64,000 bases of DNA from Candidatus Omnitrophota bacterium (GTDB lineage Bacteria > Omnitrophota > Gorgyraeia > Gygaellales > Profunditerraquicolaceae). Position numbers and translations under genes: made by a program. A model generated the notes under the pieces. It was not told where the DNA came from, ran no database searches, and was given only the letters and a program-made list of their open reading frames with translations. The first letter of the stretch is position 1. Each line of letters opens with the position of its first letter. The stretch spans positions 2,696-66,695 of the forward strand of contig JAGOOP010000003.1 in the NCBI GenBank assembly GCA_017992455.1, in the 5' to 3' direction. Positions 48,164 through 56,629 of the stretch are shown one piece after another.

Positions 48164-48742
48164 ATGCCGATCCGGGCGTTTCAAAAGGGATTCATCGTCA
48201 TCATACTGATCGTGATAGGCGCAGGCACGTGTTTTGGTTCAGAGATCGGTATGGCGCGCCAGGGTTTGCCTGAAGATCGGGAATATCCTGTTTTTCAATA
48301 CGCCACTGACGAACTCTGGCAATACCTGCGCAAGGGGTTGAATTATCTGGAATCCCCCCGGCCGGCGCAAGACCCCGAAACAGTATCCCCGTTATATATC
48401 CACCCTGACGGCAGAGGTTTCGGCTGTTACGGATTTTCTCCGGAAGCATATCAGGATGTCCAGCGGTTGTATCCGTATTTCCGCCGGATCAGCTGGGAAC
48501 ACCTCTTAAGCTCTTTTCGCCTTTATGATCTGGCGAATCAGGCATTCTGCGACTGGCTGATAAAGAACCTTCGGGATTATTGCGAAGGAGGCAAAGAACC
48601 TTCCGATGTCTTTGATACGGTTCAGCAAGCGTGGAATCTGGGTTTAAGCGGATTCAAGAACGGAAGGAAAGTCGTTTCATCGCGCATGCGCAGGGCAAAA
48701 GACTTCAAAAATTATTACGAGGCGCAGGAGGGCTTGATCTAA
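48164..48742 (+). CDS. Hypothetical exported/membrane-anchored protein
   Basis: ATG at 48164 gives [25 protein letters not shown] (signal or anchor). The ORF-track TTG at 48137 lies inside the terminator T-tract. I recognise no family. Confidence 0.55.
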   Translation: MPIRAFQKGFIVIILIVIGAGTCFGSEIGMARQGLPEDREYPVFQYATDELWQYLRKGLNYLESPRPAQDPETVSPLYIHPDGRGFGCYGFSPEAYQDVQRLYPYFRRISWEHLLSSFRLYDLANQAFCDWLIKNLRDYCEGGKEPSDVFDTVQQAWNLGLSGFKNGRKVVSSRMRRAKDFKNYYEAQEGLI

Positions 48743-50421
48743 AGCTTTTTCTCGATCTTTGCCCATGTATCCCGCAGGGTTACCGTGCGGTTGAATACAG
48801 GCTTGTTGGCAAGGGAATCAAGGGGGTCTGCGGTAAAATATCCCATGCGTTCGAACTGGAAGCAGTCGCCGGGCCGCGCATTCAAAAGCCCCGGTTCTGC
48901 TTTGCAGCCGCGGAGCGTTTCAAGAGACTTCGGGTTCAAGTTCGCGGTAAAATCCGATCCTTCGGGCGCATCGTCAGGGTCCCGCTTGGTAAAAAGGGTA
49001 TCATAGAGCCGCACATCTACATCGACCGCATGGTGGGCGGATACCCAGTGGATCGTCGCCTTGACCTTGCGGCCGTCAGGGGCGTTGCCGCCGGCTGTGG
49101 CAGGATCGTAGGTGCAATGCACTTCCGTTATATTCCCGTTACTGTCCTTTGAAACTCCGGCGTATTTGATGAAATAGCCGTAGCGCAGCCGGACTTCTTT
49201 GCCCGGAGAGAGCCGGTAATATTGTTTTGGCGCTTCCTCCCTGAAATCCTCCTGTTCGATATACAATTCCCTTGAGAACGGCAGCGCGCGGGTTCCTTTT
49301 GACGGGTCTTCCGGGTTGTTGACCGCCGCGACCTCTTCGGTTTGGCCGGCGGGATAATTGTCAATGACAACTTTTAATGGCCGCAATACCGCCATGACGC
49401 GGGGCGCGGTCCTGTTCAGTTCCTCGCGGATGCTGTTCTCAAGCAGGACCAGGTCCACGATACTGTCGGCTTTTGCCACGCCGATCCGGTCGCAGAACTT
49501 ACGGATGGACGCGGGTGTGTATCCGCGGCGCCTTAAACCCGCAAGGGTGGGCATTCGCGGGTCGTCCCAGCCGCCGACAAGCTTTTTTTCAACGAGCGCC
49601 AGAAGCTTGCGTTTGCTCAGGAGCGTATGGCTCAGATTGAGGCGCGCGAACTCGATCTGCTGAGGGTGGTGGATGCCCAGCTCGTCGAGGATCCAGTCAT
49701 AGAGCGGCCGGTGCACTTCGAATTCAAGGGTGCAGATCGAATGGGTGATCCCCTCGATGGAGTCGCAGATGCAGTGGGTAAAGTCGTATGTGGGATAAAT
49801 GCACCAGGCTGTTCCGGTCCGGTGATGCGCCTGTTTGCGGATGCGGTAAAAGACCGGGTCCCGCATCAGCAGGTTCGGGTGCGACATGTCGATCTTGCCG
49901 CGCAGGACCCGCGCGCCTTCGTCGAACTCGCCCGCTTTCATGCGGCTGAAAAGATCAAGATTCTCCTCGACGCTGCGGCTGCGGAACGGGCTGTCGGTCC
50001 CCGGCTCGGTGATCGTGCCGCGGCATGCGCGCATTTCTTCCAGGGACTGGTCGCATACGAATGCTCTGCCTTTTTTGATCAGCTCAACGGCATATTCATA
50101 CAGCCTCGGAAAATAATCCGACGCATAATAGAGCCGGTCCTGCCAGTCGAAACCGAGCCAGCGGACATTATCCGCGATCGAGTTGACGTATTCGACATCC
50201 TCCGTTTCCGGATTGGTGTCGTCGAACCGGAGATTGCACAGGCCGTCATAATCCCGCGCGATGCCGAAATTCAGGCAGATGCTTTTGGCATGGCCGATAT
50301 GCAGGTAACCGTTGGGTTCGGGAGGGAAGCGGGTATGGACGCGGCCGCTGTTCTTTCCGGCGGCCCGGTCAGTCTCGACGATCTCCCTGATAAAATTAGT
50401 GTTCGGAGCGGATGTTTCCAT
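48739..50421 (-). CDS. glnS: Glutaminyl-tRNA synthetase
   Basis: [48 protein letters not shown] (HIGH motif), [36 protein letters not shown] and the KMSKS-like LLSKRKL. The ORF-track start at 50463 would overlap tRNA-Gln, so I prefer the ATG at 50421. Confidence 0.92.
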   Translation of the reverse strand: METSAPNTNFIREIVETDRAAGKNSGRVHTRFPPEPNGYLHIGHAKSICLNFGIARDYDGLCNLRFDDTNPETEDVEYVNSIADNVRWLGFDWQDRLYYASDYFPRLYEYAVELIKKGRAFVCDQSLEEMRACRGTITEPGTDSPFRSRSVEENLDLFSRMKAGEFDEGARVLRGKIDMSHPNLLMRDPVFYRIRKQAHHRTGTAWCIYPTYDFTHCICDSIEGITHSICTLEFEVHRPLYDWILDELGIHHPQQIEFARLNLSHTLLSKRKLLALVEKKLVGGWDDPRMPTLAGLRRRGYTPASIRKFCDRIGVAKADSIVDLVLLENSIREELNRTAPRVMAVLRPLKVVIDNYPAGQTEEVAAVNNPEDPSKGTRALPFSRELYIEQEDFREEAPKQYYRLSPGKEVRLRYGYFIKYAGVSKDSNGNITEVHCTYDPATAGGNAPDGRKVKATIHWVSAHHAVDVDVRLYDTLFTKRDPDDAPEGSDFTANLNPKSLETLRGCKAEPGLLNARPGDCFQFERMGYFTADPLDSLANKPVFNRTVTLRDTWAKIEKKL

Positions 50422-50449
50422 TCGATGCCCGCGGGGATTGCGAAGATTG

Positions 50450-50523
50450 TGGTTGCCCCCCATGGATTCGAACCATGATTAACTGGTCCAGAGCCAGTCG
50501 TGCTACCATTGCACTAGAGGGCA
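50450..50523 (-). tRNA. tRNA-Gln (anticodon CUG), CCA encoded
   Basis: Reverse complement TGCCCTCTAGTGCAATGGTAGCACGACTGGCTCTGGACCAGTTAATCATGGTTCGAATCCATGGGGGGCAACCA. Anticodon stem ACTGG/CCAGT with loop CTCTGGA, T arm CATGG-TTCGAAT-CCATG. Confidence 0.88.
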
Positions 50524-50562
50524 GTCAACGTGTTATAAGTATATAGTATTCAGGCGGCAAAA

Positions 50563-51552
50563 TCAAGCCTTTTGGGCCTCGGACCCCGAGCCGTCGGGCC
50601 CCGAGCCTTCGGCTTCCGGACCCTCGGCCTTTCGCTTGTCCATGACATAATTGCTTTTGGTCATGCTTTTTGCGAATGCCTTAAGCTCCGCCCCGATCTC
50701 GCCGATCTGCGCGACATGCTCGATCTTGCGGAATTCGTTGGTCACGACGCCGATGGATATGGAAAGCAGCTGGAATCTGCGCTGCGCGCCCTGGCGGTCG
50801 TGCGCGATGATGTAGCCGTTGGCAAGGTCCGTTTCGTTGTAGAAAGAAGGCGTTGCGGCGTCGAACTGGGAGATGATGGCTGAACAGAGACGATCGACCT
50901 TCGGCAGGGAAGTGACGACGACAAAATCGTCGCCGCCGACGTGTCCGACAAAATCCCCCGGGTTGCCGAATTCCTGAGCGGCGCGCAGGAGTATCCGCGC
51001 CGTTTCCCTGATGACGTTGTCCCCTCGCTCGAAGCCGTACGTATCGTTGTACGCCTTGAATTTGTCCAGGTCGACGTAGCAGACCGCAAAAAGCTCTCCG
51101 CCGGCGATCTTGCGCGATAGTTCGTCCAGGATCGAGATATTCCCCGGCAGGCGGGTGAGCGGATTTGCCTCGAGATCGATGCCTGACCTGCGCAAAAGCA
51201 TGCGGATATGGGCGATCAGTTCTTTGGGTTCGAACGGCTTGACGATATAATCGTCCGCGCCCGCTTCGATACCGTCGACCTTATCGGTGATCTCGCCCTT
51301 GCCCGTGACCATGATGACCGGCAGATGCCGCAGGAGGATGTCTTTTTTGATCTGGCGGCAGAATTCCCTGCCGTCCATGCGGGGCATCTTGTAATCGCAC
51401 AGGACCAGGTCCGGAAGCTTCTTCTGTATGAACGCCAGCGCTTCCTCGCCGTTGCCCGCCTCAAACACCTCGTATTTCTCGTCCTCGAGGGTTATGCGCA
51501 GCACGTCCCTGATATCGGGTTCATCGTCGACAATTAGTATTTTGATCCCCAC
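50563..51552 (-). CDS. Response regulator with GGDEF-type output domain (motif reads GGDDF)
   Basis: REC domain KILIVDDEPDIRDVL...DLVLCDYKMPRMDG...PVIMVTGKG...YIVKPF. GGDEF domain FAVCYVDLDKFKAYNDTYGFERGDNVI...VGHVGGDDFVVV. Confidence 0.88.
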   Translation of the reverse strand: MGIKILIVDDEPDIRDVLRITLEDEKYEVFEAGNGEEALAFIQKKLPDLVLCDYKMPRMDGREFCRQIKKDILLRHLPVIMVTGKGEITDKVDGIEAGADDYIVKPFEPKELIAHIRMLLRRSGIDLEANPLTRLPGNISILDELSRKIAGGELFAVCYVDLDKFKAYNDTYGFERGDNVIRETARILLRAAQEFGNPGDFVGHVGGDDFVVVTSLPKVDRLCSAIISQFDAATPSFYNETDLANGYIIAHDRQGAQRRFQLLSISIGVVTNEFRKIEHVAQIGEIGAELKAFAKSMTKSNYVMDKRKAEGPEAEGSGPDGSGSEAQKA

Positions 51553-51569
51553 CGTATGCTCCTTTAGTA

Positions 51570-53066
51570 TTAAACCGATTGCGGCAGCGTGAAGCTGAAG
51601 GTCGAACCGGCGCCGACTTTGCTTTTGACCCAGATATTTCCTTTATGCGCCTCCACGATATGCTTGACCATTGCCAGCCCCAGGCCCGTGCCTTTGACCT
51701 CCTGGTTGATGGCCGTATCGACGCGGTAGAACTCGGTGAATAATTTATCGAGCGCGTCCTCGGGCATGCCGCAGCCGGTGTCGGTTATGTCAACCTGGAT
51801 GCCGGTATCGACGCGCTGGACGCGGACGGTTATCCTGCCGCCGGCCTGCGTATATTTGAACGCGTTGTTGACGAGGTTGATGAATACGCGTTTGATCTGG
51901 CCGTAGTCCGCCATGACCTCCGGTATTGCGTCGGGAAGGATCGAAGAGAAAGCGATCTGCCGCTCCTTCATCTGCACGGTCAGCATGTCCCCGACCTCAT
52001 CGACGATATTCTTGAGATTGACCGGCGCGATCTTCAGGGTCATCCGCCCGCTTTCGATGCGGGCAATGTCGAGCAGCTCGTTGACGAACTGCACGAGCTC
52101 GTCGGAGTGTTTATTGATCTTCTCGAGGCGCTTGTGAGCCTCTTCGGGTATGACGCCCAATTTGCCGGAGAGCAGGATCGAGGCGTAGCCCTTGATCGAG
52201 GTCAGCGGCGTGCGCAGTTCGTGCGATACGTTGGACACAAAATCGTTCTTGCGCTGGCTGACACGTTTGATCTCTTCAAAGGCCTGGGACAATTCCCGGG
52301 TGCGCTGTTCGACGCGGCTTTCCAGTTCCTGGTGCGCCTGCCAGGTTTTTTCGAAGAGCCGCGCATTGTCAAGGGCCTGGCCGATCTGATTTGCCAGGAT
52401 CTTGATCAATTCCTCGTCGCCCTCGTTGATCACGGTGTCCGGATTCTCGGCGCCGGCCAGGAAGATCCCTTTATTGCCTTCTTTGGGTAGATACGGCGAT
52501 ATGACAAATGCCGTTACCTTGAATATCGTGCAGACTTTGTTCCTGAACCCCTGGTCGATCGAAGGCGAAATAGAGGAAACCGCCCGCTCATCGGATATAA
52601 GCCGTTTGAAATGCGTTTTTTCCCCGTCGATAAGGGACGAGATCGCCGCAGTTTCCGCTTCGGAAAATCCCGCGGACAGCCGGATGACGGCTCCGGGGTG
52701 GCTCTCGTCCCAGCCGAACGCGACGGCTTTTTCAAAGCCCAGGTCCGCCAGAAGCGGCGGCTCGATCTTACTGAATATCTGCGCTTCGTCGAGGGTGGCG
52801 CTGATCTGCCGCGAAAGCGTCTGCAGGGTATAGAGGCCGGTGATCTTTTTGTCCAGCTCTTCCTGGGCCTTGTTGAGCTCGATATCGGTGCGGACGACCA
52901 ATTTTGCCTGTTCGTCCATCTCGTCAAGCGTATGTTTGAGATTATCGACGGACAAACGCAGTTGCTTGATGTCGCTCAGGAGGAATACGATCCAGATGCC
53001 CAGCCCGATCGAGCACACAATGCCGAGCATTCCCAGCGCGTTCATCAGCAATTCGATATCCGACAT
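51570..53066 (-). CDS. Membrane-anchored sensor histidine kinase (GAF-like, HisKA, HATPase_c)
   Basis: 498 aa with N-terminal TM LGMLGIVCSIGLGIWIVFLL, a coiled coil and H-box FVSNVSHELRTPLTSIKGY. ATPase boxes are LVNNAFKYT, DTGCGMP and GTGLGLAMVKHIVEAHKG. Confidence 0.9.
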   Translation of the reverse strand: MSDIELLMNALGMLGIVCSIGLGIWIVFLLSDIKQLRLSVDNLKHTLDEMDEQAKLVVRTDIELNKAQEELDKKITGLYTLQTLSRQISATLDEAQIFSKIEPPLLADLGFEKAVAFGWDESHPGAVIRLSAGFSEAETAAISSLIDGEKTHFKRLISDERAVSSISPSIDQGFRNKVCTIFKVTAFVISPYLPKEGNKGIFLAGAENPDTVINEGDEELIKILANQIGQALDNARLFEKTWQAHQELESRVEQRTRELSQAFEEIKRVSQRKNDFVSNVSHELRTPLTSIKGYASILLSGKLGVIPEEAHKRLEKINKHSDELVQFVNELLDIARIESGRMTLKIAPVNLKNIVDEVGDMLTVQMKERQIAFSSILPDAIPEVMADYGQIKRVFINLVNNAFKYTQAGGRITVRVQRVDTGIQVDITDTGCGMPEDALDKLFTEFYRVDTAINQEVKGTGLGLAMVKHIVEAHKGNIWVKSKVGAGSTFSFTLPQSV

Positions 53067-54317
53067 TTAACCCTCGATGATCAGAACCGAGATCATTTGA
53101 TTCTGAAAATACGTTTGTCCGTGATAGCTTTGCGTCGCCAGCGGCGCTACTTCCCCGAAGCTGTTGACGCCGATGATGCCGGTCCCCGGCTCGAGCGACT
53201 CCGCGATGATCTTAAGTTCCGTTCGCGCGTCTTTCCCTAATGCGGCGGCGCGCGGGAACGAGTTGAACACGATAACAAGCCGCGAGGATTTCTCTTTATG
53301 GAACTTCAGCGCGTGCGCGGCCAGATTGGTTTTTGCTTCTTCCACGGCGGCGCGCGTCGCTTCCAGGCACGTTTCCTTTGTCGATATCATCAGCCGGGTG
53401 ACGGATCCGGCGGGTATATCCCCCCGGCAGACGAGCGAACCGTCGCTGTTGATCGTCTGGATGCTGCGCAGGAGATATTCGTCCTGGCCGGCGATCCGTA
53501 TGCCGATCGGGTACAGCACGGAAAGGTTTTTCAGTTCTTTTCTGATGCGCGGGAAATCGTACGCCAGGTATTCTTCGTACAGCCGCACCGCAGGCTCGTT
53601 GTCGATCTTGTGTACCACATTGCCGGAAACGGCGGTTATTACATGCGGCTTGCCGAGCGGTTTCCACCCGTGCCGCAGGCCAAGACCGAAGCTGATCTTC
53701 CCTCCGAATAGTATCCCCGCGCACGCGTCGCGCAGGGCGGTTTTATTAAAGATCAGGCCGCTGCGGCTGCTGTCGTCGGGGCTCGAAAGGGAAGCGCCGA
53801 CGCAGGGGAAGCTTTTGCCGAGCCGTTCCTGCAAACCGCCGATAAAATCAGCGTTATTCCGCGTCAGCCTGTCAAAGAAAAGAAGCGCGAGGCTTCGCGG
53901 CACGTTCTTGAATCCGGACAGCAGTTTTTCTCCGAGCTGTTCGCCCGCGGCGAGCGCGCCGGAAGAAGAGATGTTGTGGATATCCCCGGTGGTAAAAAGC
54001 GCCCCTTCGGGGAATGTGACGAGCATAACGGCGATGCCGCGCTTATAGATGGATTGATGCGCAAAAAAGCCGCTCGCGTTCCCCCCGAGTACCGGCACAT
54101 TGGGCAATAATGCCGAGACGTTTTTGATGATGCCGGAGGCGGGCAGATCAGAGCTGTGGAAGACGAAGGCAAGGTCGATTTTTTCTTTATTGACCTTTTT
54201 TGTCTTTGCATGCCGGATCGCTTCCTCAACAGCGGCAACATCGTTTTTGTCAATGCTGGCGCCGGTGCCGATGTCAATCATATATAGGAGTATATAACAG
54301 CAGGTGGGAAAGGTCAA
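53067..54317 (-). CDS. FIST-domain (FIST_N + FIST_C) sensory protein
   Basis: 416-aa soluble protein, IDLAFVFHSSDL...VPVLGGNASG...LYPIGIRIAGQDEYLLRS...GVNSFGEVAP, consistent with FIST N/C organisation. Its stop abuts the kinase start (TAAATG at 53064-53069 on the reverse strand). An alternative start is M13 (MIDIGTG, 54281). Confidence 0.7.
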   Translation of the reverse strand: MTFPTCCYILLYMIDIGTGASIDKNDVAAVEEAIRHAKTKKVNKEKIDLAFVFHSSDLPASGIIKNVSALLPNVPVLGGNASGFFAHQSIYKRGIAVMLVTFPEGALFTTGDIHNISSSGALAAGEQLGEKLLSGFKNVPRSLALLFFDRLTRNNADFIGGLQERLGKSFPCVGASLSSPDDSSRSGLIFNKTALRDACAGILFGGKISFGLGLRHGWKPLGKPHVITAVSGNVVHKIDNEPAVRLYEEYLAYDFPRIRKELKNLSVLYPIGIRIAGQDEYLLRSIQTINSDGSLVCRGDIPAGSVTRLMISTKETCLEATRAAVEEAKTNLAAHALKFHKEKSSRLVIVFNSFPRAAALGKDARTELKIIAESLEPGTGIIGVNSFGEVAPLATQSYHGQTYFQNQMISVLIIEG

Positions 54318-54363
54318 TAAATTTGATTGACCATCGGATAAAATATGTTATATTATTCCATAC

Positions 54364-54441
54364 GGCCCCATCGTCTAGCCCGGTCCAGGACGGATGGTTC
54401 TCAGCCATTAAACACCGGTTCAAATCCGGTTGGGGCTACCA
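54364..54441 (+). tRNA. tRNA-Glu (anticodon CUC), CCA encoded
   Basis: GGCCCCATCGTCTAGCCCGGTCCAGGACGGATGGTTCTCAGCCATTAAACACCGGTTCAAATCCGGTTGGGGCTACCA. Anticodon stem GATGG/CCATT with loop TTCTCAG, T arm ACCGG-TTCAAAT-CCGGT. Confidence 0.85.
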
Positions 54442-54444
54442 ACG

Positions 54445-55304
54445 AAGACGCTTTAGCTAACCCATTGCTCACCAACGTTTTATAAAACAATTCTTTATTC
54501 CCCAAACCCATAATTAATAAAAAAGTAGTGAGATATTACGTATTCCCGCGTCTATTTAGACAAAGGAGGTGTGATATGTCACCATATGCCAGGAAACATC
54601 AACTATCGAACTCATTAACCTATCATGTGTATAACAGGAGTAACTCCAAGAAAATAATATTTTGCGATGAACAGGATTATCAGCATTTCTATTATATACT
54701 GAAGAAATATGTCGGCCTCTTTTCGCTCAAGATTTATCATTGGGTCATCATGCCTACCCATTACCATCTCCTTCTGGAAATGGTGGATCCGGAAAAGCTG
54801 TCAAAAGCCATTGCCGGCATTGCTTTGGCATATACTAAATATTTTCATAAACGCTATAAAGGGTGCGGATATCTATGGCAGGGCAGATTTCAGTCAAAAC
54901 CCGTTCAGAAAGAAAATTATATGCTTTCATGCGGCAGGTACATCGATTATAATCCGGTTAAGGACAAGATCGTAACTGTTGCGTCTGACTACGCATATAG
55001 CAGTGCTCGATTCTATTGTTCTGGTATCGATGATGGCATTACGACAACAGATCCGATGTATGAAGAACTCGGTACTGACAAGGCACGGCAGCAAGAGGCC
55101 TATACCCGTTTTCTGCAGAAATATAATGATGCGGATAACACGCACTGGGAGGATATGAAAACGCCGCAGGGAGATGAGGAGTTTATTCAGCGGCTGACCA
55201 AAGGAAAGGGCAGAATCATATCATTAAGGCGGGGACGGCCAAGAGCCAAGCAAAAGAATTAAATTGTATCTTATTGCTATAGTGAGTGTTAGCTAAAGCG
55301 TCTT
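54445..55304 (+). mobile_element. Low-GC Y1-transposase (RAYT / IS200-like) cassette bounded by a perfect 17-bp inverted repeat
   Basis: AAGACGCTTTAGCTAAC (54445-54461) and its exact reverse complement GTTAGCTAAAGCGTCTT (55288-55304) bracket the single gene. The left copy starts 3 nt after the tRNA-Glu CCA. The interior is markedly AT-richer than the flanks. Confidence 0.65.
54576..55262 (+). CDS. HUH-family Y1 tyrosine transposase (REP-associated tyrosine transposase / IS200-like)
   Basis: SD AAGGAGG lies before the ATG at 54576. The HUH motif is in WVIMPTHYHLLLE and the catalytic Tyr region in GRYIDYNPVKDKIV. YLWQGRFQSKPV is also typical of RAYT/COG1943 proteins. Confidence 0.8.
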   Translation: MSPYARKHQLSNSLTYHVYNRSNSKKIIFCDEQDYQHFYYILKKYVGLFSLKIYHWVIMPTHYHLLLEMVDPEKLSKAIAGIALAYTKYFHKRYKGCGYLWQGRFQSKPVQKENYMLSCGRYIDYNPVKDKIVTVASDYAYSSARFYCSGIDDGITTTDPMYEELGTDKARQQEAYTRFLQKYNDADNTHWEDMKTPQGDEEFIQRLTKGKGRIISLRRGRPRAKQKN

Positions 55305-55309
55305 GGCTT

Positions 55310-56581
55310 TTAGAAGGTGAGTTCTTCGGTGCCTACGATCTTTACGGGGGCGTTTTCTTTGAGCTCGCCCTGGACTTCGAGGATGACCAGGTCGTTCTCG
55401 CCGGCGCCTTCGATGATCTGCGCGTAGTCGCTGGAAAGGTAGCCGGTCGTGACCTTGACGATCTGCGCAATTCCGGTCAGTTCGTCCTCGGCTTCTTTGA
55501 TCGTGCGGCTGGGGATAACGGATAAAAGCGTCAATCCTCCGGAGCTGATAAGCGCCGATGCAGGGATCATGAGCGCGTGGGGCAGTTCGACGATGCTCAT
55601 CTCAGCCCGCGCGAACATGCCGGGCAGCAGCAGGCTTTTGGGATTGGGGACCTTGATCTTGACGGTGAGCGTCCTGCTTTTGCCTTCGACCACGGGATAC
55701 ACATACGCGACCACGCCTTCAAATGCCAGCGCCGGATACGCGTCCACGAACACCCTGGCGATCTGGCCGAGTTTTATCTTATCGATGTCCCGCTCGACCA
55801 CGCCGACCTCGACAAACACCTCATTGATCTCATAGATCGTGGCGACCTTGTCCTGGGGCGTGACGAATTCGCCTTCTTCGGCATCGCGCGCTCCCATGAC
55901 ACCGTCCTTGACCGCATACAAAAATGTTTTGCGCATTTCGTTCGACGCGAGTTCTTCCTCGCTGCGCGTGGTTTCAAGTTGATAGCGCGCGGATTCGACT
56001 TCAAGCTCTATCTGTTCCATCTTGGACTTGATGATGGCGCCTGCCTCATACAGCTTCCGGTGTATCTCAAGCTGTTTCTGAACAGAATTATACGCCGCCT
56101 GTGCAGCGTTGAATTTTGATTTCGCATACGCGACCTTCAACTCGACGTCCTTGGAATCGATGCTCGCGACGAGGTCCCCCGCTTTGATGCGCTCGCCTTC
56201 CCGGAAATTTATCTGCTTGACCACGCCGTTGATCTCGAATTTGAGCGGGATCTCGGTCACTCCCTTGATCGTCCCCATGACGGGAAGCACATCCTTGAAA
56301 TCAACGGCCTTGAGTTTCAGCGTTCGGACCTGCGGCAGGATCGGTTCTTCGGGGACCGGAGGGACGGGCGGCTGCGGCGCCGTCGTTTCTGTCTCTGCTT
56401 TTTTCATCCCGGGGATGGAGAACGGCAGGGAGAAACCTTTTTTCTCAACAGGCTGTCCGGTAACGCCGGCAGGAACAGCGTCCGATTTCGCTTTCTGTCC
56501 CTGGTACCATTTCATGCCGAAATACGCAATCAGGAAAACAACCCATATCCCGATCAGCAGCCTGGCGATCTTTGCGGCCAT
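55310..56581 (-). CDS. RND efflux periplasmic adaptor (membrane fusion protein)
   Basis: 423 aa with an N-terminal anchor, a lipoyl/hairpin region (GERIKAGDLVASIDSKDVELKVAYAKSKFNAAQAAYNSVQKQLE) and a beta-barrel C-terminus. It lies downstream of two RND permeases. Confidence 0.88.
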   Translation of the reverse strand: MAAKIARLLIGIWVVFLIAYFGMKWYQGQKAKSDAVPAGVTGQPVEKKGFSLPFSIPGMKKAETETTAPQPPVPPVPEEPILPQVRTLKLKAVDFKDVLPVMGTIKGVTEIPLKFEINGVVKQINFREGERIKAGDLVASIDSKDVELKVAYAKSKFNAAQAAYNSVQKQLEIHRKLYEAGAIIKSKMEQIELEVESARYQLETTRSEEELASNEMRKTFLYAVKDGVMGARDAEEGEFVTPQDKVATIYEINEVFVEVGVVERDIDKIKLGQIARVFVDAYPALAFEGVVAYVYPVVEGKSRTLTVKIKVPNPKSLLLPGMFARAEMSIVELPHALMIPASALISSGGLTLLSVIPSRTIKEAEDELTGIAQIVKVTTGYLSSDYAQIIEGAGENDLVILEVQGELKENAPVKIVGTEELTF

Positions 56582-56629
56582 ACAGCCTCCTTAATTACTT
56601 CATTTTAAATGATTTCTGAGGTTTGTAAA

